Assembly: GCA_963697165.1 (NCBI GenBank)
Contig: CAVOMX010000016.1
Coordinates: 1-57,240 of the forward strand
Direction of reading: 5' to 3'
DNA length: 57,240 nucleotides
DNA from: Candidatus Bathyarchaeota archaeon
Lineage (GTDB): Archaea; Thermoproteota; Bathyarchaeia; Bathyarchaeales; Bathyarchaeaceae
The translations under genes and the position numbers were made by a program. Within the stretch, counting starts at the first letter, position 1; every line of letters starts with the position of its first letter. The notes beneath the pieces are model-generated. The model ran no database searches and was not told the DNA's origin. It was given only the letters and a program-made list of their open reading frames with translations. Of this stretch, positions 10,036 to 22,602 are shown piece after piece.

Positions 10036-10230
10036 TTAAGAGTTTTTGTGTAAACCAAAATTAGCACCATCCGTTTTTTCATAAGTTATATTCAATGGTT
10101 CAATCGAAAGTTTTCTATTACAGGACGGACATTTTCCCTCAGTTCTTTTTCGTAGCCTATAGATTGGAATCATGTCTCTTCCTTCATAGAGGATTTTTCT
10201 ACATTCATGACAAACTAACCTCAAAGCCAT
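10036..10230 (-). CDS. Small zinc-ribbon protein
   Basis: CHEC...CPSC. Confidence 0.7.
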   Translation of the reverse strand: MALRLVCHECRKILYEGRDMIPIYRLRKRTEGKCPSCNRKLSIEPLNITYEKTDGANFGLHKNS

Positions 10231-10417
10231 TTACTATACACCAATTTCTAAAACTACATATCTAAATTTAGAAGTTGAGTCCAAAAGAAAAGTTACAGAC
10301 TAGAGAGCAAACCGAAACTAAAGGACACGTTCTACTTCCGCAAAATCCACTTTTTCATTATCTGATCAATTTAGCAAAGATATATGTAAACGGTTACAAG
10401 AATAGTATTAGGGGATA

Positions 10418-10846
10418 TTGTTGTCCATTTTTAAGAAGATTTTGGTTCCCTTAGATGGATCTGATCATTCGCTAAGCGCTTTAGAAAAAGCTCTCCAAAT
10501 AGCAAAAAAGTTTGATGGAAAAATTATGTTGATTAACGTATATTCTGTCAATTCATTTAGAATAACTCCCTCACAGGTCTTTGCTTATGTTCTGGAAATC
10601 CGTAAATCTGGTGAATCAATTTTGGCGGAAGGTGAAAAAATAGCCAAGGCTGAAGGGATTCAGGTTGAAACACTGTTAAAAGAGGGACATATTGTTGAAG
10701 AGATACTCAAAAAGGCTAGAGAGGGTAATTTCGATTTAATTGTTATTGGTTCGAGGGGAATAAGTAAAATGAAAGAAATTCTCATTGGAAGCGTAAGCCA
10801 CGGAGTGACAACGCACGCTCCCTGCCCAGTGCTAGTAGTAAAATAG
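10418..10846 (+). CDS. Universal stress protein (UspA family)
   Basis: KILVPLDGS...DLIVIGSRG...IGSVSHGV...PCPVLVVK. Confidence 0.95.
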   Translation: MLSIFKKILVPLDGSDHSLSALEKALQIAKKFDGKIMLINVYSVNSFRITPSQVFAYVLEIRKSGESILAEGEKIAKAEGIQVETLLKEGHIVEEILKKAREGNFDLIVIGSRGISKMKEILIGSVSHGVTTHAPCPVLVVK

Positions 10847-10855
10847 TTCAAAACG

Positions 10856-11341
10856 TTAAGGGAATGGCTGTTCGTCTTCCCATCGGTAACGTTTCTTCTT
10901 GCTCTTCATTTTTTCTAAACCGCAACTATAGCATATTCCGTTATGGCAACAGATTACTTCTCCACAATCAGGGCATTCCCCTTTTTTCTTTTCAGTTTCC
11001 AAAAATTTTGCCAAACCGTGTTCTTTAATATACCGAAGATTGTCAACCATATTCATACGGTAATGTATTTCATAACTTTTGGCAAGGTTTTTTACGAGTT
11101 CGCAGGGAAACTCGTTGCATTCATAGCAGAATTCCACCTTGTTATTCAGAAGCTTTTCGCATTTTTTCTTAAGAAAAGAGCACTTCTTGTCTCTGGGGCG
11201 GCAACCTTTGCAGTAAGGCAGTTTGACTCCTTTAGCTTTAGTATCGTTTTCTAAAGCAAGATAGTTGCTACACACGTTACAGTTCATACCACACGGTGCA
11301 ATCAGTTCCGCTTTCAAGTTATCAACCCCCAAAGCTAACAT
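10856..11341 (-). CDS. DUF3795-type cysteine-rich protein
   Basis: APCGMNCNVC, CKGCR, FCYECNEFPC, CPDCG..CCHNGICYSC. Confidence 0.8.
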   Translation of the reverse strand: MLALGVDNLKAELIAPCGMNCNVCSNYLALENDTKAKGVKLPYCKGCRPRDKKCSFLKKKCEKLLNNKVEFCYECNEFPCELVKNLAKSYEIHYRMNMVDNLRYIKEHGLAKFLETEKKKGECPDCGEVICCHNGICYSCGLEKMKSKKKRYRWEDEQPFP

Positions 11342-11442
11342 TTATGGGTGTTCTTTGAACAGTTACCTTAGTTTAGCTTTTACTTTTTGCGCCTTTTTAT
11401 CTTAAACTCTAGGGCTAATTTTTAATATCATATTGAATATAT

Positions 11443-11850
11443 TTGGTTAACATGAAAGAAGAAGACATACCGAAGCTGTCAAACGAAGAGATTCAAAAAA
11501 TTGAACGCATTACAGAAGCATTCAAAAAGAGGGAAGAGGCTAAAAAAAACAGGTTAGATGCTGAAGCTAATTTGGAATCACAGAAAAGTTGGCGAACAGT
11601 ATTTGAAAGCGCACCGAAAGAAACTGTCCCTTTTATCATTTATGTTGTTTATTGTATAGCTTTGGTTCTAAGTGTTCTTCTTATCATTATACAATACACA
11701 GATGTGAGACTTTGGGTAGGTGCATCTATACTAATTATTGGATTGGTTGCTCCATTGTTTGTGCTCCCAAACATAAGCTGGAAAAATCTCTTTAAGTATT
11801 TAAAAAACAAAATTACAGGTAAGAACAAGGAAACGTTACCTATTACGTAG
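11443..11850 (+). CDS. Hypothetical 2-TM membrane protein
   Basis: Charged N-terminus followed by two hydrophobic helices. Confidence 0.55.
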   Translation: MVNMKEEDIPKLSNEEIQKIERITEAFKKREEAKKNRLDAEANLESQKSWRTVFESAPKETVPFIIYVVYCIALVLSVLLIIIQYTDVRLWVGASILIIGLVAPLFVLPNISWKNLFKYLKNKITGKNKETLPIT

Positions 11851-11974
11851 GCTCGCTATGTAAAAAGCCTAGTAAAAGCACACATATTGGTTGATTCTTA
11901 ACGAGATGCAAAAGAAGAAATAGCCACAAATAAAGAAAGTAATGCTAAACCTCAATAAGAGAGAATAAACAACC

Positions 11975-12304
11975 ATGAACGAATATGAATTAATATCTAA
12001 AGCTTTTTGGCACGGTCTATTGCAAATACGATATGGTGAAAAGGAGATAGAGATTTTCAGTAGGAATCGAAGAAAATCAATAGTTGTACCTATTCAAAAG
12101 CATCATGTGCCGATTATTAAACAAGTTTTAGGTTCGACAGAGCCTTTAGATATTAAAAACTTTTACAAAGTGACTAATTCTATTTTCAGAATTATTGATG
12201 CTATGGGCACAGTAGATTTTGGAGATTCTACTCCAAGAGAAATAGAATTGAAGATAGAAGCAGCTAAAAAATATTTTCAAGATAAACAGCAAAATAAAGA
12301 GTAG
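11975..12304 (+). CDS. Hypothetical protein
   Basis: 109-aa ATG ORF, no recognised motif. Confidence 0.5.
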   Translation: MNEYELISKAFWHGLLQIRYGEKEIEIFSRNRRKSIVVPIQKHHVPIIKQVLGSTEPLDIKNFYKVTNSIFRIIDAMGTVDFGDSTPREIELKIEAAKKYFQDKQQNKE

Positions 12305-12554
12305 CTGCTGTTGTAGTTGTTGGCATAATCGGATATAGAACTAAGTTTTTGCTTAACAACCGTTTACAATCTCAAAAGACATGAAAAAGAAAATTGAAGA
12401 AAAAAATAAGAGACTAAAAGACAAATTTACAAAAATGGAAAAAGAAAACTCAGATACGAAGAACGAAATGCATCAACTTAGTTTAACGGTTAAAGCTTCT
12501 ATAGAGAAACTGGAGACACTAACAGAGAGTAAGCCTTCCGTTTTCTCTTTTTTT

Positions 12555-12995
12555 AGTATCAAAGAAACTCATAAAAATTCTGCAAAGTTTACCCAAAATA
12601 GAGAACCAAAAAATAGTGTTTCCTAAAAAAGCACGAATTACCAGATTGTCCAGCTTTAGAAGAAAAATAAAGAAACTTGCTGGACTATACAATGATCCTA
12701 GATTGCTTGAAATACACTTTCATACCTTTCGACACTGCAAAGCACTCCGAGAATACCATAACAAAATCAATCTTACACGTTAGAAGAATCTTAGGTCATA
12801 TTTCAAATATTGACAACCCAAAATTATGTTGAGCTCTACGAAGAAATTTATGTCAACAAACCAGTAGAATATTTCTGTGAAATTGCGTCAAATATTCAGG
12901 AAGCAAAGAAACTGCTAGAGCAAGGATTCAGGTATAAAACAGGAGAGTATATTGATGGTGGAAAGCTGTTCAGAAAAGTTAGGGAAACAGTGTAA
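12555..12995 (+). pseudogene. Tyrosine recombinase/integrase catalytic C-terminal remnant
   Basis: SFRRKIKKLAGLYNDPRLLEIHFHTFRHCKALREYH(fs)SILHVRRILGH(fs)LTTQNYVELYEE...GGKLFRK: HxxR, LGH and catalytic Y present; N-terminus absent. Confidence 0.85.
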
Positions 12996-13037
12996 CTATA
13001 TAAATAAAGTGTGGGAAACATTAATTTCCGGCACTAA

Positions 13038-13778
<741 letters not shown>

Positions 13779-13867
13779 CAACTGTGCATAACTGCATAAT
13801 GCTCAACATCCTTTGATGAGACACCTGATTCTGGCTGTAGCTTTTGTGGTTTAGGCGTGATTAATAA

Positions 13868-14749
13868 TTGAATGTTGACCTCAGATGTATTTCATGTATT
13901 CTCAATCGTGGCTACCTGCAAATCCAAGAAGCCACAGACGACAAAGCTCTCCAATTCAAAACTTTGTCAGCAATCCTAAGTTTCTTGGCTGAAGAATTCA
14001 AGCCAACAGCAAATCCCGCACATTTAGGCACAAAACGTGACCGGCTGATACGAGAGATAACCGGTAACCCTGACCTACACAACCAAAAGAAACAGATCAG
14101 CAACCAAAAGGCACTAGAAGTTTTGCCTCTAGCACATAGTATAGTCTTGAAGGAAACTAAACCGGAGCTACGTTTTAGGAAAGCTTGTCTCTCAGCCATT
14201 GTCGGCAATATCATGGAGTTTGATCTTCCCGACAACCCCTTCAAGTTCGCTGACCTTGAGAATCTGATTCAACTGGCAGAAAGTGACCTAGCAGTAGATG
14301 AGATTCCCCAAATCTTCAACAAAGCAAAGAATGCAAAAGCTGTTCTATACTTGACAGACAACGCTGGAGAAATAGCCCTCGATACACTGCTTGTTCAAGA
14401 GCTGAAAAATCTTGGAGCCCATGTTACAGTAGCGGTTAAAGACGGTCCGATACTCAACGATGCCACGTTGGAAGACGCAAAAATTGTTGGAATGGACAAA
14501 ATAGCAGACGAGATAATTACTACAGGATCAGACGCCGTTGGTTTATTTCCCGAAGAATGCTCAGAAGTGTTCCTTGAGCTTTACCGTTCGGTGGATTTTG
14601 TGGTTGCAAAGGGCATGGGTCACGCTGAAACCCTCACAGAACTTCAGCTTCCAGTTCCTCATGCTCTGCTGTTGCGGAGTAAATGTATTACAGTAGCCAA
14701 CCACTTCAATGTGGATACAGGAAAAAACATAGCTAAGCTATTACATTAA
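13868..14749 (+). CDS. DUF89/ARMT1-like damage-control phosphatase
   Basis: CISC, GNIMEF, LTDNAGEI, PILNDAT, AKGMGH. Confidence 0.9.
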   Translation: MNVDLRCISCILNRGYLQIQEATDDKALQFKTLSAILSFLAEEFKPTANPAHLGTKRDRLIREITGNPDLHNQKKQISNQKALEVLPLAHSIVLKETKPELRFRKACLSAIVGNIMEFDLPDNPFKFADLENLIQLAESDLAVDEIPQIFNKAKNAKAVLYLTDNAGEIALDTLLVQELKNLGAHVTVAVKDGPILNDATLEDAKIVGMDKIADEIITTGSDAVGLFPEECSEVFLELYRSVDFVVAKGMGHAETLTELQLPVPHALLLRSKCITVANHFNVDTGKNIAKLLH

Positions 14750-14759
14750 TCCTGATAGG

Positions 14760-16868
14760 ATGTCACAAAAAGTGGACTTACCCAAAATAAGTCTTGGGCG
14801 AAGCGTTCTCTCAAACGTCAACGAGGCTCTAGACCGAGAATGGCTGGTAACCAACGGGTTAGGAGGATACGCTTCCTCAACAGTTTTGGGAATCAACACC
14901 CGAAAATATCACGGTCTCCTTGTTGCAGCTTTTAATCCACCAGTGAACCGCTGGGTTCTATTATCAAAACTTGACGAGAATCTGCAGATTGGTAATGAAA
15001 ACTATGATCTCGGCGCAAACGAGTTCCAAGACGTTATGCACCCTAAGGGCTACCAGTTTCTCTCAGAATTTATGATTGATCCCCTTCCCACATTTAAGTA
15101 TGTCATGCATGGTGTTAGCCTCCAGAAGACAATCTTTATGCCATACATGAAAAACGCGACGATAGTAATCTACGAAGTCAGTAATCCATTGGAAGAAAAA
15201 GTAACTATCCGAGTTTCACCACTCATAAATTCGAGGCACATCTACAAAACAACAGATAAGAATAACTTATCGTGGAGATTTATCCAGAAACGTCACGATG
15301 AAGGCGTTTTAATTGGGCCATCAGATTCGTTTTCCTCCATGATTCTGTCCTCAAGCAATGACGGCTCTTTTAAAGAGGAGAGCTGGTGGGTTGAGAAAAT
15401 CTTCTTCAGAGTTGATGCATCCCGAAGTGAAAGCAGCACCGACGACTATTTTCGACCCGGATTCTTCAAGTTTTCTGTTGATCCTAAAGAAAAGAAAAAA
15501 TTTTATGTCCTCGCAGCAGCTGGAAAAAATGAGGAAAAAACTCAGAGCCTCTTTTCAACTTTAGGAAAAGGCATAGAAGATATTGAACTGTTGCATCGTG
15601 AAGAGTTAACTCGGCGAAAAGGCTTGTTGCAAATGTTTAGGGGACGCAACCCTGGCTTAGAGCTTGAAGACTGGTTAAAGTGGCTTATTCAAGCGGCAGA
15701 TTCGTTCATTGTATCTAGGGCTTCAACTGGAACGAAGTCGGTGATCGCCGGCTACACTTGGTTTGATGATTGGGGAAGAGACGCCCTCATTTCTCTGCCA
15801 GGATTGACTCTTGTCACAGGAAGATTTGAAGATTCACAAGAAATCTTGTTGACTTTTGAGCGCTATTGTCATAAAGGTATTATTCCGAACCGTTTTTCGG
15901 ACAAGGCTGGGGACATTCCACTTTACAATACAGTGGATGCCACCTTGTGGTTCTTCAACGCGATTCTTCAATACCTAAAGTATACTGGCGACTTTGATTT
16001 TGTTCAAGAAAAATTGTGGAAAACCATGAATGAGATAATTGACTATCATGTTCAGGGTACCATCTTTGGTATTCACATGGAAGAAGACGGTCTGATCGCT
16101 CATGGTCCCCAACTTACTTGGATGGACGCTACCACCATTGACCGGTTTGTTACACCTAGAGACGGAAAGGCAGTTGAGATTCAAGCCTTATGGTATAATG
16201 CCCTGAAAACTATGCAGCTCTTAGCGAAACGTTTCAACCAAGGGGACAAAGCAGAAAAGTATTGTGGCATGGCTGAAAAGGTTAAAGAGAGCTTTTCAGA
16301 GAAGTTTTGGAATCACCAAAAAGGATTTCTCTTTGATGTTGTGAATCGTGAGGGAACTGACTCGACGTTACGCCCAAATCAGTTGATTGCTGCATCGTTG
16401 GATTTTCCCATACTTGACAGGGAGAGAATGAAGAAGATTGTTGGAACAGTCTGGTGCAATTTGTGGGGAACATATGGACTAAAAACACTTTCCAACAATG
16501 ACTCACAATACAGTGGAAAATATCTTGGTGACTGGGGACATCGCGATAGTGCGTATCACAATGGAACTGTTTGGGCATGGCTTCTAGGACCCTTCATTAC
16601 AGCATTCTTGAAGACAAAGTATCATGAAGAATCTTGGCGGCAATTTGCTTTCAAGAACTTTTTAGAGCCCCTTTTCCAAGTGCAACTATCCCAAGCGGGA
16701 TTAGGAACTATCAGCGAAATATTTGATGGTGATGAACCTCATCTTCCCCGTGGCTGTATCGCTCAGGCTTGGAGCGTGGCTGAACCTTTACGTGCATACG
16801 TTGAGGAAGTAGTTTTGAAGAGACCTCCCCATGAAAGAGAAGTCCTAGAGACTCTTAATTATTGGTAG
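14760..16868 (+). CDS. Amylo-alpha-1,6-glucosidase (glycogen debranching enzyme)
   Basis: EWLVTNGLGGYASS, IAGYTWFDDWGRD, TWMDA, YHNGTVWAW, QAWSVAE. Confidence 0.95.
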   Translation: MSQKVDLPKISLGRSVLSNVNEALDREWLVTNGLGGYASSTVLGINTRKYHGLLVAAFNPPVNRWVLLSKLDENLQIGNENYDLGANEFQDVMHPKGYQFLSEFMIDPLPTFKYVMHGVSLQKTIFMPYMKNATIVIYEVSNPLEEKVTIRVSPLINSRHIYKTTDKNNLSWRFIQKRHDEGVLIGPSDSFSSMILSSSNDGSFKEESWWVEKIFFRVDASRSESSTDDYFRPGFFKFSVDPKEKKKFYVLAAAGKNEEKTQSLFSTLGKGIEDIELLHREELTRRKGLLQMFRGRNPGLELEDWLKWLIQAADSFIVSRASTGTKSVIAGYTWFDDWGRDALISLPGLTLVTGRFEDSQEILLTFERYCHKGIIPNRFSDKAGDIPLYNTVDATLWFFNAILQYLKYTGDFDFVQEKLWKTMNEIIDYHVQGTIFGIHMEEDGLIAHGPQLTWMDATTIDRFVTPRDGKAVEIQALWYNALKTMQLLAKRFNQGDKAEKYCGMAEKVKESFSEKFWNHQKGFLFDVVNREGTDSTLRPNQLIAASLDFPILDRERMKKIVGTVWCNLWGTYGLKTLSNNDSQYSGKYLGDWGHRDSAYHNGTVWAWLLGPFITAFLKTKYHEESWRQFAFKNFLEPLFQVQLSQAGLGTISEIFDGDEPHLPRGCIAQAWSVAEPLRAYVEEVVLKRPPHEREVLETLNYW

Positions 16869-16944
16869 ATAAGAAATTATAAAAGGGAAAGAGAACCACT
16901 TTGCTCTTTGGAAGCCTATTTCCCTTTAGCTTTAGTGGTAAACC

Positions 16945-18594
16945 ATGACAGACGTTTGTTTAATGTTCGAGGTTCATCAGCCATTCAGACTGAACCGAAA
17001 TTTTCACTCAGACCTATTGTCTAAGGGAAAAGTTGCAACAAAGGATCTTTTTGACCTATATTTTGACAATGAACTAAACCGTTACGTTTTCGAGAGAGCC
17101 GCAAGAAAATGCTACTTTCCAGCAAACAAAATAATCTTGGAAGCAGATCGATAAAAGCAAGAGCGAAGGAAAACCATTCAAGGTAACCTATGGTATATCA
17201 GGCGTCTTTCTTGAACAATGCGAACTGTGGAAACCCAGAACTCATCGAATCCTTCAAGCAGCTCGCCGAAACTGGCTGTGTCGAATTCATGGAAGAAACC
17301 TATTACCATTCCCTAGCCAGTCTCTACGGAACTGACCGTTCAGAGTTTATGGAACAGGTGAAAATGCACCGGCAACTCATGAAAGACCTCTTAGATTATG
17401 AGCCAAAGTTTATCGAAAACACTGAACTGCTATACAACAATGCCATAGCCAAGACCATGGAGGAACTGGGCTACAAGGGCACAGTCACAGAAGGTATCGA
17501 CAAGACTCTCATGGGACGAAGCCCCAATTATGTTTACAAAGCCAAAGACTCTGACCTCCGCGTGTTGCTCCGCAATTACCGCCTCTCCGACGACATGGGA
17601 TTCCGTTTCTCCTCGACCGGACTGGAACGAGTATCCTCTAGACGCAACCAAATATGCCCGATGGCTAGCCGGAACCCAAGGACAGGTGATCGTAATCTTT
17701 GTTGACTACGAAACCTTTGGGGAACATCACTGGCCAGAAGGCGGAATCCACGAGTTCCTAAGAGCACTACCCGATGAAGTGAACAAATGGCATCACCTGA
17801 ATTGGCGAACTCCCTCTGAAGTCATTGAACTGCACGATCCAGTCGGCGAGGTTGACGTTCACGAATACAACACGGTTTCATGGGCTGACATTGAACGAGA
17901 CCCCAGCGCATGGATCGGAAATCCAATGCAGAACATCTGCTACGATTCTCTGAAGGAACTGGAACCATTGGTGAAGGGAATAGGCGACAAAGACCTGATT
18001 CGGCTGTGGCGTTACCTCCAAGTGAGCGACCACCTCTATTACCTCAGCATAAAGGGTGGAGGACCCGGAGACGTGCACAACTACTTCAGTTCCATGGGCA
18101 GCCCAGTGGAAGCCTTCGCCGTCTACTCAAGAATTCTGTCAGACCTTGAAGCGCGGGTCCGTGTAGAACTTGAGAAACCAGAACTTGCAGCAAAAAGGTT
18201 ACTGAGGCGTCTTCCCGCTGGCATGGGATTCACCTTCTCCTACGAGTTTGCCCGTTCATCTGGCTTAACCGTTCACAGTTTAAACGAATTCTGTTCAGCG
18301 TTGAAGACCATTGAAGTAAGCTCTATTCAGTATCATATAGAACGTGGAGATTTTGAGCGGTGGCTAAGCCAAGTTGTCGGCGATGATAAGCTAGCTGACC
18401 AGATAGCAACGGTTAACAGCTCAAAAAGAAAGTTGAAAGGCGAGGCTCTGCGCAAGAAGGTTCTTGCCATAACTGAAAGAAGATTAAAACAATTGAAGAA
18501 AATTACTGATGTAGACTCTACAAGATTAAAGAAGAAGGAAAACCTAAGAATAGTGTATGCCAATTTGAGTCGAGAGGTTTTTGGTTATGATTAG
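16945..18594 (+). CDS. GH57 alpha-amylase with C-terminal DUF5752-like domain (frameshifted in this sequence)
   Basis: FEVHQP, ETYYHSL, NTELLY, DYETFGEH, SDHLYY spread over three ORFs; C-terminal SLNEFxxALK...YHIERGDFERWL. Confidence 0.9.
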
Positions 18595-20356
18595 AGACCC
18601 TGTCTGCGGATTGCCTTTAACTGAACCGAAGGAAGAATTCAAGGCTGAAGTCAGGGGAAAAACTTACCATTTCTGCGGCGAATACTGTAAACGTTCTTTC
18701 TTGCGGGGAAAAAAAATAGCGTATTTTTCTATGGAAATCGGGTTGGACAATGACATTCACACCTACAGCGGAGGTTTAGGCGTATTAGCTGGCGACGTGA
18801 TCAAGTCCAGCGCAGACCTTAAGATTCCGTTGGTGGGCGTTACTCTTGTCAGCAGGAAGGGCTACCTGAGGCAGGAACTCAGGGACGGAAAACAGATCGA
18901 CCATCCTGACGATTGGACGCCCTCCAGCATTGATGACTGAGTTGCCAAACCAAGTTGAGTTGAAGATACAGAATCGGACAGTCAAAGTGAAGGCTTGGCT
19001 CTACGATTACCAGAGTCCTACAGGCGGATTGGTTTCTGTCCTGTTTCTTGACACCGATGTAGAAGGCAACTCTCCAGAGGATAGAGAGATCACCTGTTTC
19101 CTGTATGGCGGCGACAGAGAGTACCGGCTGAAGCAGGAGATCGTCTTGGGAATTGGCGGCGTGAAGATGCTTGAAGCCGCAGGATTTCAGATAGGAAAAT
19201 ATCACATGAACGAAGGACATTCTGGTCTTCTCACGTTGGAGTTGCTGACAAAGAACGGAAATGATCTGGATAGCGTAAGGGACCTTTGCATATTTACCAC
19301 TCACACTCCGGTGGAGGCGGGGCACGACAAATTCTCGTATGAGCCTTGTCCAAAACATGTTGGGCGAAATAATTCCTCTAGAAACCCTGAAGAAGCTTGG
19401 GGGAGACGATCAGCTGAATATGACCCGTCTGGCTCTGAACACCAGCAAGTATGTGAATGGGGTAGCAAAAAGGCACAAGGAGTTCTCGTTGACCCTGTTT
19501 CCGGGCTATAATATCTCGGCTATAACTAATGGTGTCCACTCTTTCACTTGGACTTGCGAATGCTTCAGAATGCTTTATGACAAGTATTTGCCTGGATGGG
19601 CAAACGAGCCTGAGTTGCTGGTCCGAGTAGACAGCATCCCAGATGAGGAGATTTGGCGCGCCCACATTGAAGCAAAAGAAAAGCTGATACGTTATGTCCG
19701 TGAACATGTCAGGCGTCCAGCTTGACCCTAATGTGCTTACGTTGGGTTTTGCGCGCAGATTCACTGGCTATAAACGTGCAACTTTGCTGTTTTCGAACCT
19801 GAAAAGGCTTGAGGAAATCAACAGTGTGGGCAAGATTCAGGTCGTCTTTGCGGGCAAGGCTCATCAGCGGGACTGGATGGGAAAACGGTTAATCGAAGAG
19901 ATTCATGAAATGAAAGACCATCTGAAGGACGTAATGAAGATCGTGTACCTGGAGAATTATGATCTACAGATGGCGGCGAAGCTCACTTCTGGCGTGGACG
20001 TCTGGTTGAACACTCCTATTCCACCGTTTGAGGCTTCTGGCACAAGCGGAATGAAGGCGGCGCATAATGGGGTGATCAACTTCAGTGTTTTGGATGGCTG
20101 GTGGGTGGAGGGCTGTATTGAGGGCGTCACAGGCTGGGCTATTGGTCCTTCGCCGAAAGAGAACTTGGAGGAGTCTGAGCGGAGGCGCCGGGAGATTACG
20201 CAGTTGTACGACAAGCTGGAGTATCTGATTATTCCAACATTCTACAGGAAACGTGACGATTGGATACGGATGATGGAGAACTCGGTTGGAAAGGTTGCAT
20301 ACTACTTTAACAGCCACAGGATGATGCGCAGGTACGCCACAGAAGCCTACCTGTAG
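18587..20356 (+). CDS. glgP: Alpha-glucan phosphorylase with N-terminal YHS domain (frameshifted)
   Basis: DPVCG...YHFCGEYC, then YFSMEIG, YSGGLGVLAGD, HMNEGH, ARRFTGYKR, EASGTSGMKA over four ORFs. Confidence 0.9.
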
Positions 20357-20591
20357 TTGTGCACAAAAAATTTTAGAAGAATAGGCGCCCTTTTTTTGGG
20401 TTATTTTACGAATTTGTCTCTGTTCTTTTTGAATCGTTTTTTGCATTTTACGCTGCAGAAGTAGTATGTTTCGTTTTCGTGTCGTATGTGGAATTTGGCT
20501 GTGGCTGTTTGTTTTGTTGACCGATGGCTTTATATGAAGGATAATACATATGAAGAATCATTCATTAAAATGTTGTGGATGTGAAAACAAA

Positions 20592-22231
20592 ATGAGCGAA
20601 AAAATGTTCTGTTTCCAATGCGAACAAACCGCCAACGAAAAAGGATGCACACAATTTGGTGTCTGCGGAAAAAGCCCAGAAGTTGCAGCACTACAAGACC
20701 TGCTAATCTACGCACTAAAGGGTCTTTCACAAGTAGCGATAGAAGCCAGAAAACATGAAATAACAACTGAAGACGAGGACATATTCACATGCAAAGCACT
20801 CTTCTCCACCCTCACAAACGTAAATTTTGACCCAAACCGTTTCGTGGACACTAATCAAAAAAACTGTGCAACATCGAGACTCGCTACGGAAGAAGGTTGA
20901 AAACGCTGGAGGAACCATAACGTCTGCTGGTCCCGCAGGTTTTGTTCCAAAGAATACAGTCAATGAGCTGGTTGAGCAGGGCAGATTGGTGGGCATCAAA
21001 TCTGATCCAACTTTAGACCCTGACGTTCATTCTCTTCAGTGGCTTCTCATCTACGGAATCAAGGGTGTAGCAGCATACGCCGACCATGCATACATTCTTG
21101 GACAGAAAGACCCCAAAGTGTTCGCCTTCATCCATGAGGCTCTCGCGGCTACCCTAGACAAATCCCTTACCGTAAACGACCTCGTCGGGTTAGTTCTGAA
21201 ATGTGGCAAAATAAACCTCAGAGCCATGGAACTGTTAGACGCAGCAAACACGGGAACATACGGTCATCCAGTGCCAACCAAAGTTCCGCTTGGCGCAAAG
21301 AAAGGCAAAGCAATCCTCGTTTCTGGACACGACCTCCAAGACTTAGAAGCGATCCTCAAACAGACTGCAGGCAAAGGAATCTACGTTTACACGCACGGAG
21401 AAATGCTGCCCGCCCACGGCTATCCAGAACTAAAAAAGTACCCGCACTTCTATGGACACTATGGAACTGCGTGGCAAAACCAGCAAAAAGAATTCAGGGC
21501 TTTTCCTGGAGCAATCCTGATGACAACAAACTGCATTCAACGCCCTCTCGAAAACTATCAGGGCAACATCTTCACCACAGGACTTGTTGGCTGGCCAAAC
21601 GTAACCCACATCGCTGACAAGGATTTTAGCTCCAGTAATCGAGAAGGCGCTGGAGATGCCCGGATTCCAGGAAGACACCGACGGAAAAACGGTGATGGTT
21701 GGGTTCGCCCGAAACACTATCCTGAGTGTAGCCGACAAGGTTGTTGAGGCAGTAAAAAACAAGAGCCTTCGGCATATCCTCTTGGTTGGAGGCTGTGACG
21801 GGGCAAAGCCAGGAAGAAACTACTACACTGAATTGGTTGAGAAGGCTCCGGCGGACACGATTGTTCTTACTTTGGCGTGTGGAAAATTCAGGTTCTTCGA
21901 CAAGGACTTGGGCACGCTCGGCGGGTTGCCTAGGCTTCTTGATGTGGGACAATGCAACGATGCCTACTCTGCGATCAAGGTGGCTGTGGCGCTGGCGGAC
22001 GTGTTTGGCGTAGGAGTAAACGATCTTCCTCTCTCGTTGGTGCTGTCTTGGTATGAGCAGAAAGCTGTGGCTATACTGCTGACGCTACTCTATCTGGGAA
22101 TCAAGAATATCCGTTTAGGACCAAGCTTGCCCGCATTCATCACACCCAACATACTAGACGTTCTGGTGAAGAACTTCAACATCATGCCAATAACATCGGC
22201 AGAGAAAGACCTTAAAGCAATACTGGACTAA
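20592..22231 (+). CDS. hcp: Hybrid cluster protein / hydroxylamine reductase (frameshifted)
   Basis: [53 protein letters not shown]. Confidence 0.93.
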
Positions 22232-22251
22232 AAACAGACGTTGGATTAAGT

Positions 22252-22573
22252 ATGAAGAAAGGGTTAAGCGAAACATGCTACAGGTTCTTCGTGAATCTGG
22301 CAAATCCTACACGATTAGCTGTGCTGGAGCAGTTGATGAAACAGCCGATGAGCGTCAACTGAGCTCGCAGAAGCCCTTGGGCAGGAACAGAGCATGATTT
22401 CGCATAACCTTAAACCTCTTCTTGAATGCAATTTTGTTTACATCCAGCGAGAAGGAAAGAAGCGGATCTATTCAGTCAACGAAGAAACTATTGGTGCACT
22501 CTTCAAGGCGGTTGAGAATCATGCTGAAAAGTTTTGTCCAACAGGCGGAAAGTGCCACCTGAAAGAAAACTGA
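22252..22573 (+). CDS. ArsR/SmtB family regulator (one 1-nt insertion near 22360); absent from the ORF track
   Basis: FFVNLANPTRLAVLEQL..PMSVN/ELAEALGQEQSMISHNLKPL...REGKKRIYSVN...FCPTGGKCH. Confidence 0.85.
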
Positions 22574-22602
22574 TTTAATCATATCGATGGAGAGGTGAAA
22601 AA

